A stretch of DNA of 64,000 bases, taken from positions 34,844,001 through 34,908,000 of the forward strand of contig CM060731.1 in NCBI GenBank assembly GCA_030704615.1. The letters are read 5' to 3'. The translations under genes were made by a program, and so were the position numbers. Under the pieces are notes generated by a model. That model saw only the letters and a program-made list of their open reading frames with translations. It did no database searches and was not told the origin of the DNA. Shown piece after piece: positions 35,400 to 48,200 of this stretch. Every line of letters begins with the position of its first letter. Position 1 is the first letter of the stretch. Origin of the DNA: Takakia lepidozioides. Lineage: Eukaryota > Plantae > Bryophyta.

Positions 35400-36993
35400 A
35401 GATACGCTCCTAGGGGCAAGGTTTGAGGGAGACTTTAGCACTTCCACATATATGTTATGGTGTTGCCTCTGGATTTGGTTTCCTGGACAATATGTGGGGC
35501 TTCCTCTCCTACGTGGGGTTTGCTAGGCTGCCAGCTTCGGGGCTTTTCGACGTTCGTATTATCAACCTCATGGATGGAGCTTGCAATCCTCAAATCCCCC
35601 CCCCCCCAAGGTGCTGAGACTCATTGGCTTGCATCTTTCATCTTCATGTGGTTTCTCAGAGCACCCCTTGCTAGGCTTCAATTTGACCCTAGCGAGTGGA
35701 GGTGGATAGACTCAAAGTACACCCCCTTTTTGGGGTATATTGTCAAGATGGGTTACAAGCTCCTGAGGCCTCCCAGACCCCGCACTCAGATCTGGAACAA
35801 AAAATGGGGTTTGAATTTGGATCTCCTAGCTTGGAAATATGTTTGGAGGCAGGTCTGGCATAAGGCGCGTGCTGCCAAAGTCAGCGCATTTCTCTGGAAG
35901 TTTGTTAATCAAATTCTTCCAGTGGTTTCCCCCCATCCCTCTACAGCAAAGCCCTGCCTCATTTGTACCCGCTCAGTGCCTGAGAATATTGAGCACTGCT
36001 TGCTCCAGTGCTCCCTTGCGAATGTTGTTTGGTCTCGGGTCACTATCTTCTATGCCTACTGGCACACCCTCCCCCCCACTCTCTCCTGATTTCATTCTTC
36101 TCAATTTGAATCAGTCTTCTGCTTTCGCTTCTTGCTTTGTATGGTGTTGTTTGCGAGCACATACTCTTTGCCAAATATGGAAATGCAGATGTGGTTTTAT
36201 TTTTGGGGGAGTGCACCTCAGCATCAAACTGATCTTATTTGGTATATTTTCGGTTTCGATGACTGAGGGGAGGAAAGCTTGGGCTGCTCTTTTGGCAGCC
36301 ATTGACAGGTATTCAGAGAGAAGAAGGGCTCAATTGTTTCAGGACTTCGAACCTCCTGGGCGAAGGGCAACATCCTCTGCACCCGTCACTCGGACTCTAC
36401 GATCTCTTGGCATGATCAGCAATGGCAGCCCCCTTCCAGAATCTGAGGATATGGATGTTAATTGGGGCCACCGTAAATGACGTGCAGATCGTATCAAGGC
36501 GCATCTAGACTTCTAGTTCTATGCCCTGCTCTGCCCCTTCTGGCATTGTCTAGCTCTGACCTTAGTTTAAGATCTGTAGTTCCTGGCCTGTGTTTTTGGC
36601 CTTATCTGTTTTTGGCCTAAGTGTTGTTAGGTCTGTTGCCCTACAGCTCAGCTATGTTGCTATGGGCTGTAGTTTAGCTTCCCCTTTAGTGTTCTGGTTC
36701 TTTCTGCTCTGTTGCTCGGTTCTGCTGCATCGAGTTGTGGTTAGGCTTGCCCTTTAGTTCATGCTATGGAAGTTCTCTTATTCCTCGTGTCCACTCTCTT
36801 TTTGATAGACTGGCATTCTTTCCCCTCTTGACCTCCCTGGTCTTGAGTGTTCTCAATAGTTTCTTGGTTTCGGGGTAGTATCCCCTTCATATGCTTTACG
36901 GTTGTATCCCAATGGGTTATTTTTTCCCGTTATCTTATTAATATGATTTTCAGGGCCTCCATCCCCTTTTTATTTAAAAAATAAATAAATAAA
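35400..36993 (+). mobile_element. L1-type LINE 3' fragment (zf-RVT domain, 3' UTR, A-rich tail)
   Basis: W..VW...RAAKVSAFLWKFVNQILPV...CLIC...ENIEHCLLQCSLANVVW is the zf-RVT signature. Frameshifted. Ends in the A-rich tail aaaaaataaataaataaaa at ~36976-36993. Confidence 0.85.
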
Positions 36994-37956
36994 ATGTTCG
37001 ATTCCTTTGGCATGAGTGTCATTTTCCAACCTAGTTGCACATATGGACGTGACATTAACACGTCAATGTCATGTCCTAAACAGACGTTGTCCTAAGTGTG
37101 CATCTATTCTATCATCGACCAAGTCTACCTATTCTCATGTGCATGATAGGGTCGTTCGTCGTTCGACCAGAGTCTTAACTTATGAAACAAGTGTTTCTCG
37201 ATGCAGAAATCAAAGACATGCGAGTCTCTATTGTAGACGAATCTCTCCGCATGCTTTTTCTAGGGGACGATGTACAACCCTAAAGTTACATCTGCATATT
37301 CTCTCTAATCAAATCTCTTCATGGCAGGTTTGATTCTTGTTACGGACGACCCAACTGGAGGAAGGGTTGTTTGTAGTTGGAGGAAGTTGTTTGTAGTTGG
37401 AATAAGTAGTTTGCAGTTGTCCAGTGGCACTGGATCTCAAAACCACTGCAAGGGTTGAGGGCTCAAATATTCCAGTGATGCAGCTCCTCTATGTCCAGCC
37501 AATCAGATTGGAGCACGTATTTACTGCTCTTGGAGTGGCAACCTGTAACTGCAAGCTTAGCTCGGAGCAGAATGGCCTACTCTAATCTGCTGTGTTATCA
37601 GGTTGCATCAGGGGTAGCTGGAGAGTGGTTTGTTTCAAACACAAAACAATGACCACCAGATCTCTGATGAGCCGAGTGAATCCCCCAAGCAACACTCTCA
37701 TCATGCATAAGCCGTCTTCAGCACAAACCTGAACTGCCATGGACAGCATGCAAACAGTGTGGAGCTTGATGTAAATACCACAGTTGATCATCTCGGAGAC
37801 CAATTATGACAGTGGGGTCAAGCAGCAGCAGCTGATTAGAAATTTAAATGACAGGCACAGACTATGGAGTTTCTTCCCCTCAGTCGTACCAATATCAATC
37901 CCAATCTACAGGCTAGAAGGTGATTAAACTCAGCACATTAAAGTTGATAGACATTG

Positions 37957-40900
37957 TCACTCTGGCCTTGCCTCATCGGCCTTCGCTGATCGAGGGACGA
38001 TACCCAAACGTCTGCAACGATGAGAAACCTTATCAGCAACAGCTTGCAACTCTACTTCTCGTTCCTCCAGGAGAGCTTCCAGGGCCTTCAACTTGCTATC
38101 CTCTTCACTGGCATCTGCTGCACCAACAGTGCTGTGGACAAAGGGTCCGACAGAAGCACTGCAGTCTCCATTGACCTGACTTCCACTTTTTTGCGTCGCA
38201 CGCATCATGACAAAAGTTTTCTCACTGTCATACTGACTCTCCGTATCAAAGATCTTCTTGCCAAGACCTACATCTTTTTCTGACTTGGCAAAAATCTCGG
38301 AATGCAACCGTTTCACAAGAAGCCCCCGAAATATGTCTTGAACAACCACTTCTGACGTCTCTAATCGCAAGAACAGCAATGACTCCCAGCACCGCTTCAA
38401 CTGCATCTTGCTAATTTTTAGACCCTTTCTAACGTCCTCCACCAAGCTTGGAGGTGGCAACAACATGCCATTAGATCCTGATTCTAGCTGACCAAGGCTT
38501 TTGTTACCCTTTCCATTAGCTGAATTGCTAATGGCGCGACTTTCACAAAGTTCTGCCGAAGCCGACAGATTCTCTACTACATCCCCAACAGGATGCTTTG
38601 CCAGTCTACTTATCTTTGCCAAGGCACAGTCAATGGCCATCACAATAGGTGGGAAGGACAGGAGGCGGAAAACATCCATGCAGTCCCGCAACTCCTGCAA
38701 GCTCTCTGAGGGGTCCTCCATGGTCACATCATAGCAATCCCTGTCCACCGCTATTCTGTTGACGGTCTCAAGCAAGCGAAACCCATAACCCTTCCCTTGG
38801 TATGGAGGAAGGACCAGTATCTGTTCATAGAAACAATAATTAAATTAACATGGAACCTTGCCATTTTCATTGGTCGGCATGCACACCAAAATCAGAAGGG
38901 CCTGTGACTTCATCAAGAAATTGGCAAATGTCCTATGATTCCAAAGGAAGTCCAACTCTCAATTAGTATCTCCCTCATAGAGTAAACTCTTAGCTGAGCT
39001 GGTTTCTGCAACCCATCTCTGTCTTCATTTTCAGTTCAGGCAACTCAAGATGGCATTGTACAAAGAAGGGACGATGAGAGGAGACTACACCTGACTAACA
39101 CGCAACCTTGTGCTGTCTGGGTAATGATAGAAGCGGTAGACTGTGCAAAATCCTGTCACCACCGTTTCTGGACCTTCCCCTTCTAGGGACACGTACATCT
39201 CCCACAATGGATCGTCGCTCTCAATAGGACGTCCACCTGGGGCACCCCATATCATGCACAAGCAACCTTTAGTGCTAGGTAGACTCAGTAAGAGGCATGC
39301 CAACTTCCTCGTCAAGTGATGAAGCTGCTCTTTAAGTCCAAGGGATGGTCAACATTTGGGGTTCTGTTTTTGAGTTTTGGCTCTGCAATACCAATTCTTT
39401 GATTGCTCTGATAATATTGTGCATAAAACGCAACTGACAGCTCCACAACCCCACTGCAATCAACACTAGAATACAAGACTCAAAATTTGGCATGATAAGC
39501 ACAGGCATATCCATGATAACCAATTGGTGTGTATGAGCATATTCGAAGAACCAGTAGTTAAGGAGCTAACACCAATTCCTTGATAACACCATTCCCAGAT
39601 TCCAGTAGCCCCAGATAGCAGGCTTGCTGATGCAGACTTGCAGCAAGCATCCATAGAAAAAAGCTGGTACAGATTGACAAATATCACCCTGCAGAATATA
39701 GCAAACTGAAAGTCGACATACCTTCAATGAACAACAGAACAAGGGGCGTCAGGCGCGCGTACCACTCCCTGACCCGGAAATCTCTCAACTCCAGCCTCAC
39801 AATCTGAATCACCCAATCCAACATTGTAGGCCTCTTAATAGAGACCCTCGAACTGGAGTGGACCACAGAACTGCAGATGATTTTGCCTTTGCCCAAAGAG
39901 AGAAAATGCATTTGCAGAATAATACAGGACTCATGACCTGATTTCCTCCAACGTAGAACGTAGTTAAATTTAGGAGCAGTGGCAGTGCGACAACCTGTCC
40001 AAGTTTTCCAGAAGCCTCTTGTGAAAGTGAAGCACTGGCAGCCTCCATAGTCCTGGGCTTCTCTTCTGAGACAAATCTCCAGGATGTCATAACCTCCCCC
40101 TGCTCTTGCAATAATTGCCTGCCATCACAACCAACCAGCACACAGCCTTAGTACCGGAGCAAATACGAGCCATTAGATAACCAAACCTCTAGCTCTTGTG
40201 CACCCTACCAAAAACATTCATCTAAGCGGAATTCACATGCTACCACTTATAGAGGAAGCTGGTTATTGGGTGGTCTTTTGAAAGGGGGAGGACAAACTGG
40301 AGTGCATGGATAGCCAAAGTGGTGAAGGGATGGTCCATACAGGAAGGAATTAGTGTAACTGGCAAACGACTCAGAGAAGACATCCCGCTTCTCTATTAGT
40401 CCATCACCAAAAATCTCCTGTCAAAGAAAAACATAATGCTTCATCAGTGCACATGAGATCTGCCCTTTCCACAACTACCAGACTGCATCATACCAAAGCT
40501 GGTCAATCCATCACAATCAGCAAAGTCATTCTTAGAAGGACTCCCAAAACTAATTGCAACAATTAACACATTGGTCTGGCTTACTTTATGTCCCCGAATC
40601 CCTTGGCTGTGGTACAGATTCAACAGATGAAGGGTCTCTGGGAAAGGAACCCAAACAAGAGATCAAGAAATAAACAGAGGGGGTCCACAAAGAGGATTCT
40701 TAGTAGTGTGAGAAGATTAGTCACAGATGCGGACCATATGTAGAGGTTTTATGATCCACATGGGCCTCCCTGCAAATATCTGGGAATCCAAGGCTCCCAG
40801 GTGAAAATATATTGCTAATTAAGAGTTTACACCAAGATCTCAGATGTGACATATACACCTGCTCCGAAGGGTAAGTCCTCATCAGAGAGCATAACTCTCA

Positions 40901-42941
40901 CCTTGATTTTGGAGTGCACATCTGTGGTGGGTTTCCCAGGCCCTGCATCCTGTAGAAGAGAATCCTCTAAGTTACTCCACAAACTAAGGGGACCCAAACA
41001 GGAGATTTAAATTGCATATGTTGGTATCTTTATGGAACTAAAATATCAGGCTACAAATCCCCACCTTACAAGGCTACTGTTATTTGCTTCAAGTGGAAGA
41101 CTCAAGGAAATAATTCAAACTAATAATGATATGATACGATAATTAAATCATAGTAGAGGACCTCTTCAAAGAGCCATCCATAGTAAAGAAGAAGACAGTG
41201 CAAGACGAAATAGAAGTTACCCGCAATTTCGCTTTGTAGTTAATCTCTGCATGTGCATTGAAGGAGACAGCGTGCAACCATACATCAATCTGCATATTTT
41301 CCATCAGAGAAGAAGATTTCAATCAACTCCACCAAGTGCAAATCCACAGATGTCCTGAAAATTGAAGGCACACAACCAAGAAACAACCCACTCACTTTAA
41401 GGCCTTTGTAGCCATAGATTTTTCCCTCTTCTCCAAAATACTGCTCCGGAAACTCTGGAGGAAAGGTAAAATCCGAGTCTCCGTCTCCTTGCAGCTCAGC
41501 CGCAGTACTAACTGTACAATATAAACACAGCAGCCACATATCAGCATTCCAATACCTCGTAACAGTCTGCTCCATTGGTGCATAAATCCCCTTGCTTGTA
41601 GTGCAATTTGCAAATATCAGTGACACAAGCTGGCAACTTCTGGTGAGAGCTGGGAGAGCAAGATGCTTACCGAGGTGTAAGTTTATGCATTCATCAGCAT
41701 TGCAGGCCTTTGCATCTGCAACCATTTCAATACCCAGAGTTACACCTCCACTACCAGGCACCAGATCATTTTACAGCCATGTAAATGGTGTCCTTTTTGC
41801 CCTTTCATCTGCCTGTTTGCTTCCTTTGAAAATCAATCATCAATCTAACCCTGCATATCAACGCTACTTTCACCAGTTACGACCCCCACAATGTGTGAAG
41901 GTTGGTCTAGCTTCCTTGCAACATCAGGCATGGGCGTCCTGAGAAGACTGGCGTATTGCACATTGGAACCCTAGCAATAATTTAATTTGCCAAGTGCTTC
42001 GATAGTCACCCCAATTGTCACCCTTCAAATGATAGTACTGGGATTCACAAGCAATCAGGCTGCTTGCCAGAGCCCAATGCCATCCACACCTACACAGAGT
42101 ATCAAGTCACCATGCCTGCATATGTACCCTCCACCTTCCAAGCAGGGTGAGAATCAAATTGGTGTCACTCCTCAGATTGCATGGCACTAGGCAGTAGGAG
42201 CTTTGCAGATCAAAGGTGCCATTGTAGCACACCCGTTTCGAAAAGGCATGCAGGTGATTCAACAGAGCATCTACTGAGAGTACTCACTGAACAAAGCGAC
42301 AGGCAAAATACAACCACGACCATGACGCAGGTCCAACAAAATGGTGAATGCTTCCAAAATATTCTTTCAATCGAAGTTGAGAATACCGAGTTGCATGAGC
42401 CACGCATTTTCTACCCAAGGTGGTATCTGTAACTATGAATGCGGATGGGTTAGCCGCAACAGTGTAATAGAAATTGTTAGGGATCCCATGTGCTGCATTC
42501 CAAGGATAAGAAATTTAAGAAGGGGAAGCACCAGCAGAGAGGAACCGCGGAGATGGGTGGCTTCATGAAGTAATGTGAACATGTCAACCCTAGAAAGTGT
42601 CACGCATCTGGTCAGCCATGGAATACAGTTAGTGAACGCTTTCACCATCTCTAGTCAAGCCTGTCAATCCATCCACCTGATTGATGAGGCACCTGCAGTC
42701 GGGAAGCCCCACACACTACCCTTGTGGATATACGTGTCGCAAATAATCCACTTCCCCACGAGCTTCAAAAGCATTCAACAGAAATAACAACCGGACGTCT
42801 TACCTAGGATACACTACGGACATTGAAATGCACCACCTAGAGTAAGAACTGCTCACCTGCGTCGGAACCCACTTTGCGGCGTTTGTTTTTCTCCGAGCCT
42901 CCATCAGGGTCCGACCTCTTTGCCTTCCCCTCCTTGCTCAT
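37957..42941 (-). CDS. HAT1: Histone acetyltransferase type B catalytic subunit (HAT1/HAG2), multi-exon
   Basis: Exon 1 42941-42857 (MSKEGKAKRSDPDGGSEKNKRRKV, NLS-like). Further motifs: F.PEF.EQYFGEEGKIYGYKGLK (41396-41515), WYARLTPLVLLFIEG (~39720-39800), GFCTVYRFYHYPDSTRLRVSQ (39089-39240), and GNAT motif A ILVLPPYQGKGYG in the last exon 38820-37957. Confidence 0.93.
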
Positions 42942-43364
42942 TCCTTCCGGAACAACCCCCCTCTTCTCGAGAAGAGCTGAACTCAGTGCAGCCCTCGCAC
43001 TCCGCAGCAAGCAGACACAGCAGAAGCAGGAATCCGAGACGAAAGATTTGAGGAAGAAAAAGGAGGCAAAGATTAGCGTTCCCGCGCAGTGCTGCCTATC
43101 TTGCACCCTGTCGTCCTCCCCACACGGACGCCATGGCTTCTTCAAGCCTGAGCTCGATTCCGACACATGTTCTTCTCTGATTCGCTTACTTTACTGTGGA
43201 AATCCTCTGGGCCGCACGATGTTGAGGCCTCTGCATTTTCCAGACCGTCTGTTTTTAATCACCCATTCCTTTGAGGCTTGGTTTCTCTTCTCTTTCGTTT
43301 TTTCTCTTCTGTTTTGATTTTGTTTTAAGAAAAGGAGAGGAACACTTAAAGAGCTGCAAGATCC

Positions 43365-43372
43365 GCGCGAAA
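43365..43372 (-). promoter_or_regulatory. Candidate E2F-binding site (TTTCGCGC) upstream of HAT1
   Basis: Exact TTTSSCGC consensus about 420 bp upstream of the ATG of an S-phase gene. It is a short motif, so a chance occurrence is possible. Confidence 0.4.
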
Positions 43373-45279
43373 GCATCTAGAGTAGGTTGAAACTTGCAAC
43401 ATGAAGACGACTTCAACAAGGGGCCGGATATGTTCAAGAGAGTTGGGACTTGAGATGCCATAATTTACGGCAACACGTCCTTAATATTCAAGAGAGTGAG
43501 TCATTTGGCCTCTCGTTTGGAGTAATTAGCTCTATTTCTGGCATATTGCCAACAATGGGGCTCAAAATCTTGTTCACTAGGAAGAGGAGTAATAAGTTTG
43601 ACTAGAACACACCATATGTATCCACGGAAAGCAAGATATGGGAGTTCGTTGATCCATATGTAAATGCCGAAGTCGATGGTGATAAGAGATTGTTTTAGAT
43701 CTAGTCGCACAAGTGTGTGATAGAGAGAGATGACGGCCAGCAGAAGCCAGCATAAATAAGAGTCTCTTTCCCCTAGAGGCTACTCTGGCCGGCCCCTTTC
43801 AAGGGTGGGCTCTAAGTATTGTGAGCGACATATTCAAGTGTTCCAGAGAGAGTCGTTGTCATCCATTTCTTTCTAGACCGACAACTCTTGGTGAGGTCAT
43901 TATCAGGGCTGTAGAGAATAATATAGCTAAGAGATAGCAAGTTTTTCTTTTGGAAACAGGGAACAGAGGCCCAGGCGCGTTGTCGAGTGCCAAACTTGGT
44001 ATTTACATTCAAATTCCCAGAGTGCAAGTACTCGGGTCGGCCTCGCGGCATGCAATGTGTTTGCTTTATGTCTCTACAGGGTTTATTTTTTTCCCTTCTT
44101 TAGTATTATGAAATGCCTGCCAAGAGCTCTGTCCCCTCTTTTAAGAGAAATAAATACATACTGGCGAGCATCCATAGTTTGGATGGATGAAATAACACAT
44201 ATGCAAGGTCATTTACTGATGAGGGAGTACAGATTGCATAACACAACATGATATGACACTTGCCACCTTTGTAAAATTTGCAGTAGGAATAACGACTTAT
44301 AGAGCAAAATGATGCTGGTAAAGTAACATTTATCTGTAGCAATGAAATTTTCATGCTGATTACTGATTGCAATGATCTCAGTTGTGTTTTCCCTATTGAA
44401 AAATTTGTTGTCTCTGTTGTACCTACTAACTGGGGAAGGTGTGCAAGGGACAGACTTCTTGGGTGTAGAGGAGCTTCAGGGATGATGTAGGAGCACTCTT
44501 TGCAACAGGGGGTGCTTGCCATTTGCAGTATGGTACTGAGAAAGGTCACATTGCGCAATGGTCTGTCTACAGTATGACCTTCAGATGCGTGTACGAAGGA
44601 ATGTGGTGTTTGGGGATGCATTGGTTTCACCTATGCACCTACAAGCAGCACTGACGGGGATCTGCAATTGCAATTGCAGCATTTGGCTTTAATGATACAA
44701 CTAACTACCTCATGAGCTACCACTCTCATGACTCTGAACCTTAGAAGAGGTCTTGAGAATTTACACTTCGACCATGAAGAATACTGGTGTCCACTAAGGT
44801 AACAACTACACAAGCAATTATTCCATGACAGAAGTACTTGCATGTACAATTCAAACTTCTAGGAGACTTCGATATGAATTCCGATATGGAGGGAATGCCA
44901 ACAATGTTTCAGACTAAGCTTTTGCAGCTCAGATGCAAACAAGAGGGATGCATACAAAACCATTCTGGAAAAGGAAAAATCAGGACCAAACCTACAAATG
45001 GGTATCTTTTAGCTGGGACATAAATGGAAGTCGTGGTTGGCTTATAAATCAGAGTGAGATAGACAGAAAAGAGGGTGAGTATCTGATCTAATATGCATTG
45101 CACTAGGCAACTTTCACTTGTCAACAAGCACACTTGCTCACAGTCGAAACGCACGGGTGGCCTAAATGAAAACTCTGTGACTGTCTTTTGAAAAAAACGA
45201 ACCAGAAAATGCAAAAAGTGGAAAAGACACTTCAGGTGGCCTCTTCCTGGTGTACTTCAAGAGCTGCAAGTTAAGTTCC

Positions 45280-48200
45280 CTACCTTTTTCGCTTCCCACC
45301 TTGACTGGCTTTCACATCTTGGCCTTTCTTCCCCTTCGTGAGCTGCGCTGCTGGACTGGCCTTGGGTTTAGCCCCTCTACCGCGCCCTGTACTTGGACCT
45401 ACACAAAAATCATCACCACTCTCAGCACAAAATCCCCAAACCCTGATAACACAATCCACAGTGATTAGGGAGTGAATGTAAGGTGGAAAGGCGACAATGC
45501 TCTAGAAGTGGAGTTGGATTTGGCAAACCCTGTTGCCAGGCTTTCCATATGTCTGAGACCCCTCCATCCATGCAGTGTGGAGGAGTAAATCAGCAACACA
45601 GGGGATAAAGCTGTACACCCGATATTCATAGGACTTCATAGTTTGAATTGTTGAGACATCCATGTCGAATAGGAACAAGCTCTCCCTTGCAAATCATCAA
45701 GAGAGAGATACTTACTACCTTTGGCCTTGGCATCGTCAAAAGTTACACTGATTCCTGCTCTAGTCTTTCCCAATGTGGCTGCACATCCATCAAAGATTAA
45801 CTCATCATTAATACAAAACACTGCCAGGTCCATGCTCCAGTGATTCGTTGCAAGTAGAGGGCCACATGTAATCACCCACCCATCAATCCAGTAGCACTTG
45901 TGTGTACAGCACACAGCCCGTAGGCCTGCCTAAGGATTGCATATATTTTGGAAACAAGAACAGAAGTGACAAAGTAAAAGGCAAGAGAAGAAGACCTAAT
46001 CCATTCTCATCAACAGGATCTTCCTCTCTCTCCACGTCCCCTTCTTCTTGTTCCTCTGGATGATTCCAAACCATGACAAGCAAGGTCATAAGAGAGCAAA
46101 AATCCAGTTCTTCAACCTTCATGATCCTAACTGAAGGAAACGAAACATGGCAGTATCAACAAGTAACAGGGAGACTCGTCATCAAATGGGAACAGATCAT
46201 TCAGTGAATTATACATTGCGTGTGTTCAAATCTTTCAAGGAATAACTGAAACAAAACTCCACGGATGATCATTAGCTTTGCCAGCACACTCCTTCATGGA
46301 GGCCTGAAATCGGTTAAATCCAACAAACTCACCATCAATGTACCTTGACTGACACATTCTGTGGAAATGGTATAAAATATTTCTTTGAAAAAAACTGGCT
46401 GAAGATGAAGTACTTATATACAGATACTATGGCAAACAATTAGAGTCAACACTTGTAGGCTGCAGCAACGTACCAGCTATCAAATCCTCTTCGAGCTTGT
46501 CATCGTCATCAATGGCCAGTATATTTAGGCGTGCCGGCCTTTTAGGAGCCTTTTTCTGTCCTGGGAGGACAAGAGCTGGAAGGAGATCAGCAGAACGCAC
46601 ACGGCGTTCTCCCTCATGCTGCTTGTATGCCTTTGTGAGTGCTGTTTTCACAGCTGGTGGGACCCCCTCAAGCAAACCAGATTCTCCCTGTTTACCCACC
46701 ACCATTTTTTGCCAGTCTTAGAGAAGGTGATCACAGTATTATACTATGACTGGAATGACCTTTTTCGAGCTCCATTTGAGCGTAGCAGAAGTTCTACAAT
46801 AACACATGACTAAAAATAAATTGAACAAAACTGCCATGATTGTCCAAGATGCAGCAAAGGAGCAACAATGTGCAACCCTATGCGAAGCTCACTGAAGAAT
46901 TAACCTGAAACCAGTGTGGATATATAGACCTGCACTCCTTGTCATCAGGAGTGATTCAAATTTTTGTGGACCAGATGGATGAAGTGATCCAAACTTCAGG
47001 TAAGTACATGATGGATAACACACCTGTAATTTAGAAAGTTCAAGGATGGTATCGAAGTCATCCTGAGTAAGGGAATAGTTGTCCATCACATCCACCACCT
47101 TCTCCACTGCCACCTCCTGCCACAGCATACACCCCCCACACTTCCAGTTCAAGCCTCACTTCTGGGGCATCCACAGTTGACAATATGCTGTGACTATCAG
47201 CATGGTGCATTTAACAACCAAGGCACCCAAAACACCACTAACTTTCAGGGTTACTTGTTCAAAAGTTCAAGCAACCATTAGTGTCGATTGATTTGGAAGG
47301 TGCAAGAGAACTGCAGGCCAAATATATCAACGACATCTCCATTACCAGGTCAGATATTTGTATTTATTTCGCTCAACGACATAAGACTTGATAAAACGTA
47401 TTGTGCAAGTAATAAGCTCGGGAAGCCAAGCAGAGATGGCAACTTATAGGATAAATCCAGGAAGTTATGCATTCCTTCACATGCATGGGAGATGAATGTT
47501 TCTTATCATCCAGTTCAACAGTGGATAGATTATCGGGAGAATTGTCCTCATCTTCAAAAAGCTGCATTCTTCAGCATATACCACTGCTTGTGGCTCACCA
47601 GCACCTCCATGATGGTACGAATGTCAGAGAAATAAGGAAATCTCTGTTAGCAACGATATGTCACATCTAGTTTTAGCATAGATAATGATTATGCCCCCAA
47701 CAAGAAGCTCAAGGGTGCAAACCCAAAGTGGAATTGGACTGGGCCCATGTCCTCTTCAGAACAGTTTTGGTATTTCATTTCTCTTTGAATAAAACTTGGG
47801 TCCAAGGCAGGTCAGATAACTCATAGAGTACCCATACTTCGGTAAGAATGGAAAGACAGCTAAATGGGAAGGAGTGGCCAGTAAAGAGGGACATGAAGGA
47901 AGACTGAACTTACCTTGGGCAAGCTGTGAAGGGGCTGGGATAACTGCACTGAAAGTAGAGGTAAGTAGTCCAATCGTACTGCCTCCCTGAGATGCACGGC
48001 AAGCAGAACAAGCAGACCACATACTCACTCGCACTTTCATCTTCAAAGGAGCTTTCCCTAAAACTCCATACCTTACTGCACACTCAATGAGCATGGCCAA
48101 TTACAGAATAGCCAGAAATATTTCCTTATGCTTGAGAGTCTCCAGGTGCCAAACTGCACAAGGAGCTTGGCTGAACGGGGGAATGTGGCTCGAAGCACCT

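Noticed and set aside
37355-37420. Short ~20-bp tandem repeat (gttgtttgtagttgga)
   Set aside because: Three degenerate units with no associated structure. An ordinary minisatellite.
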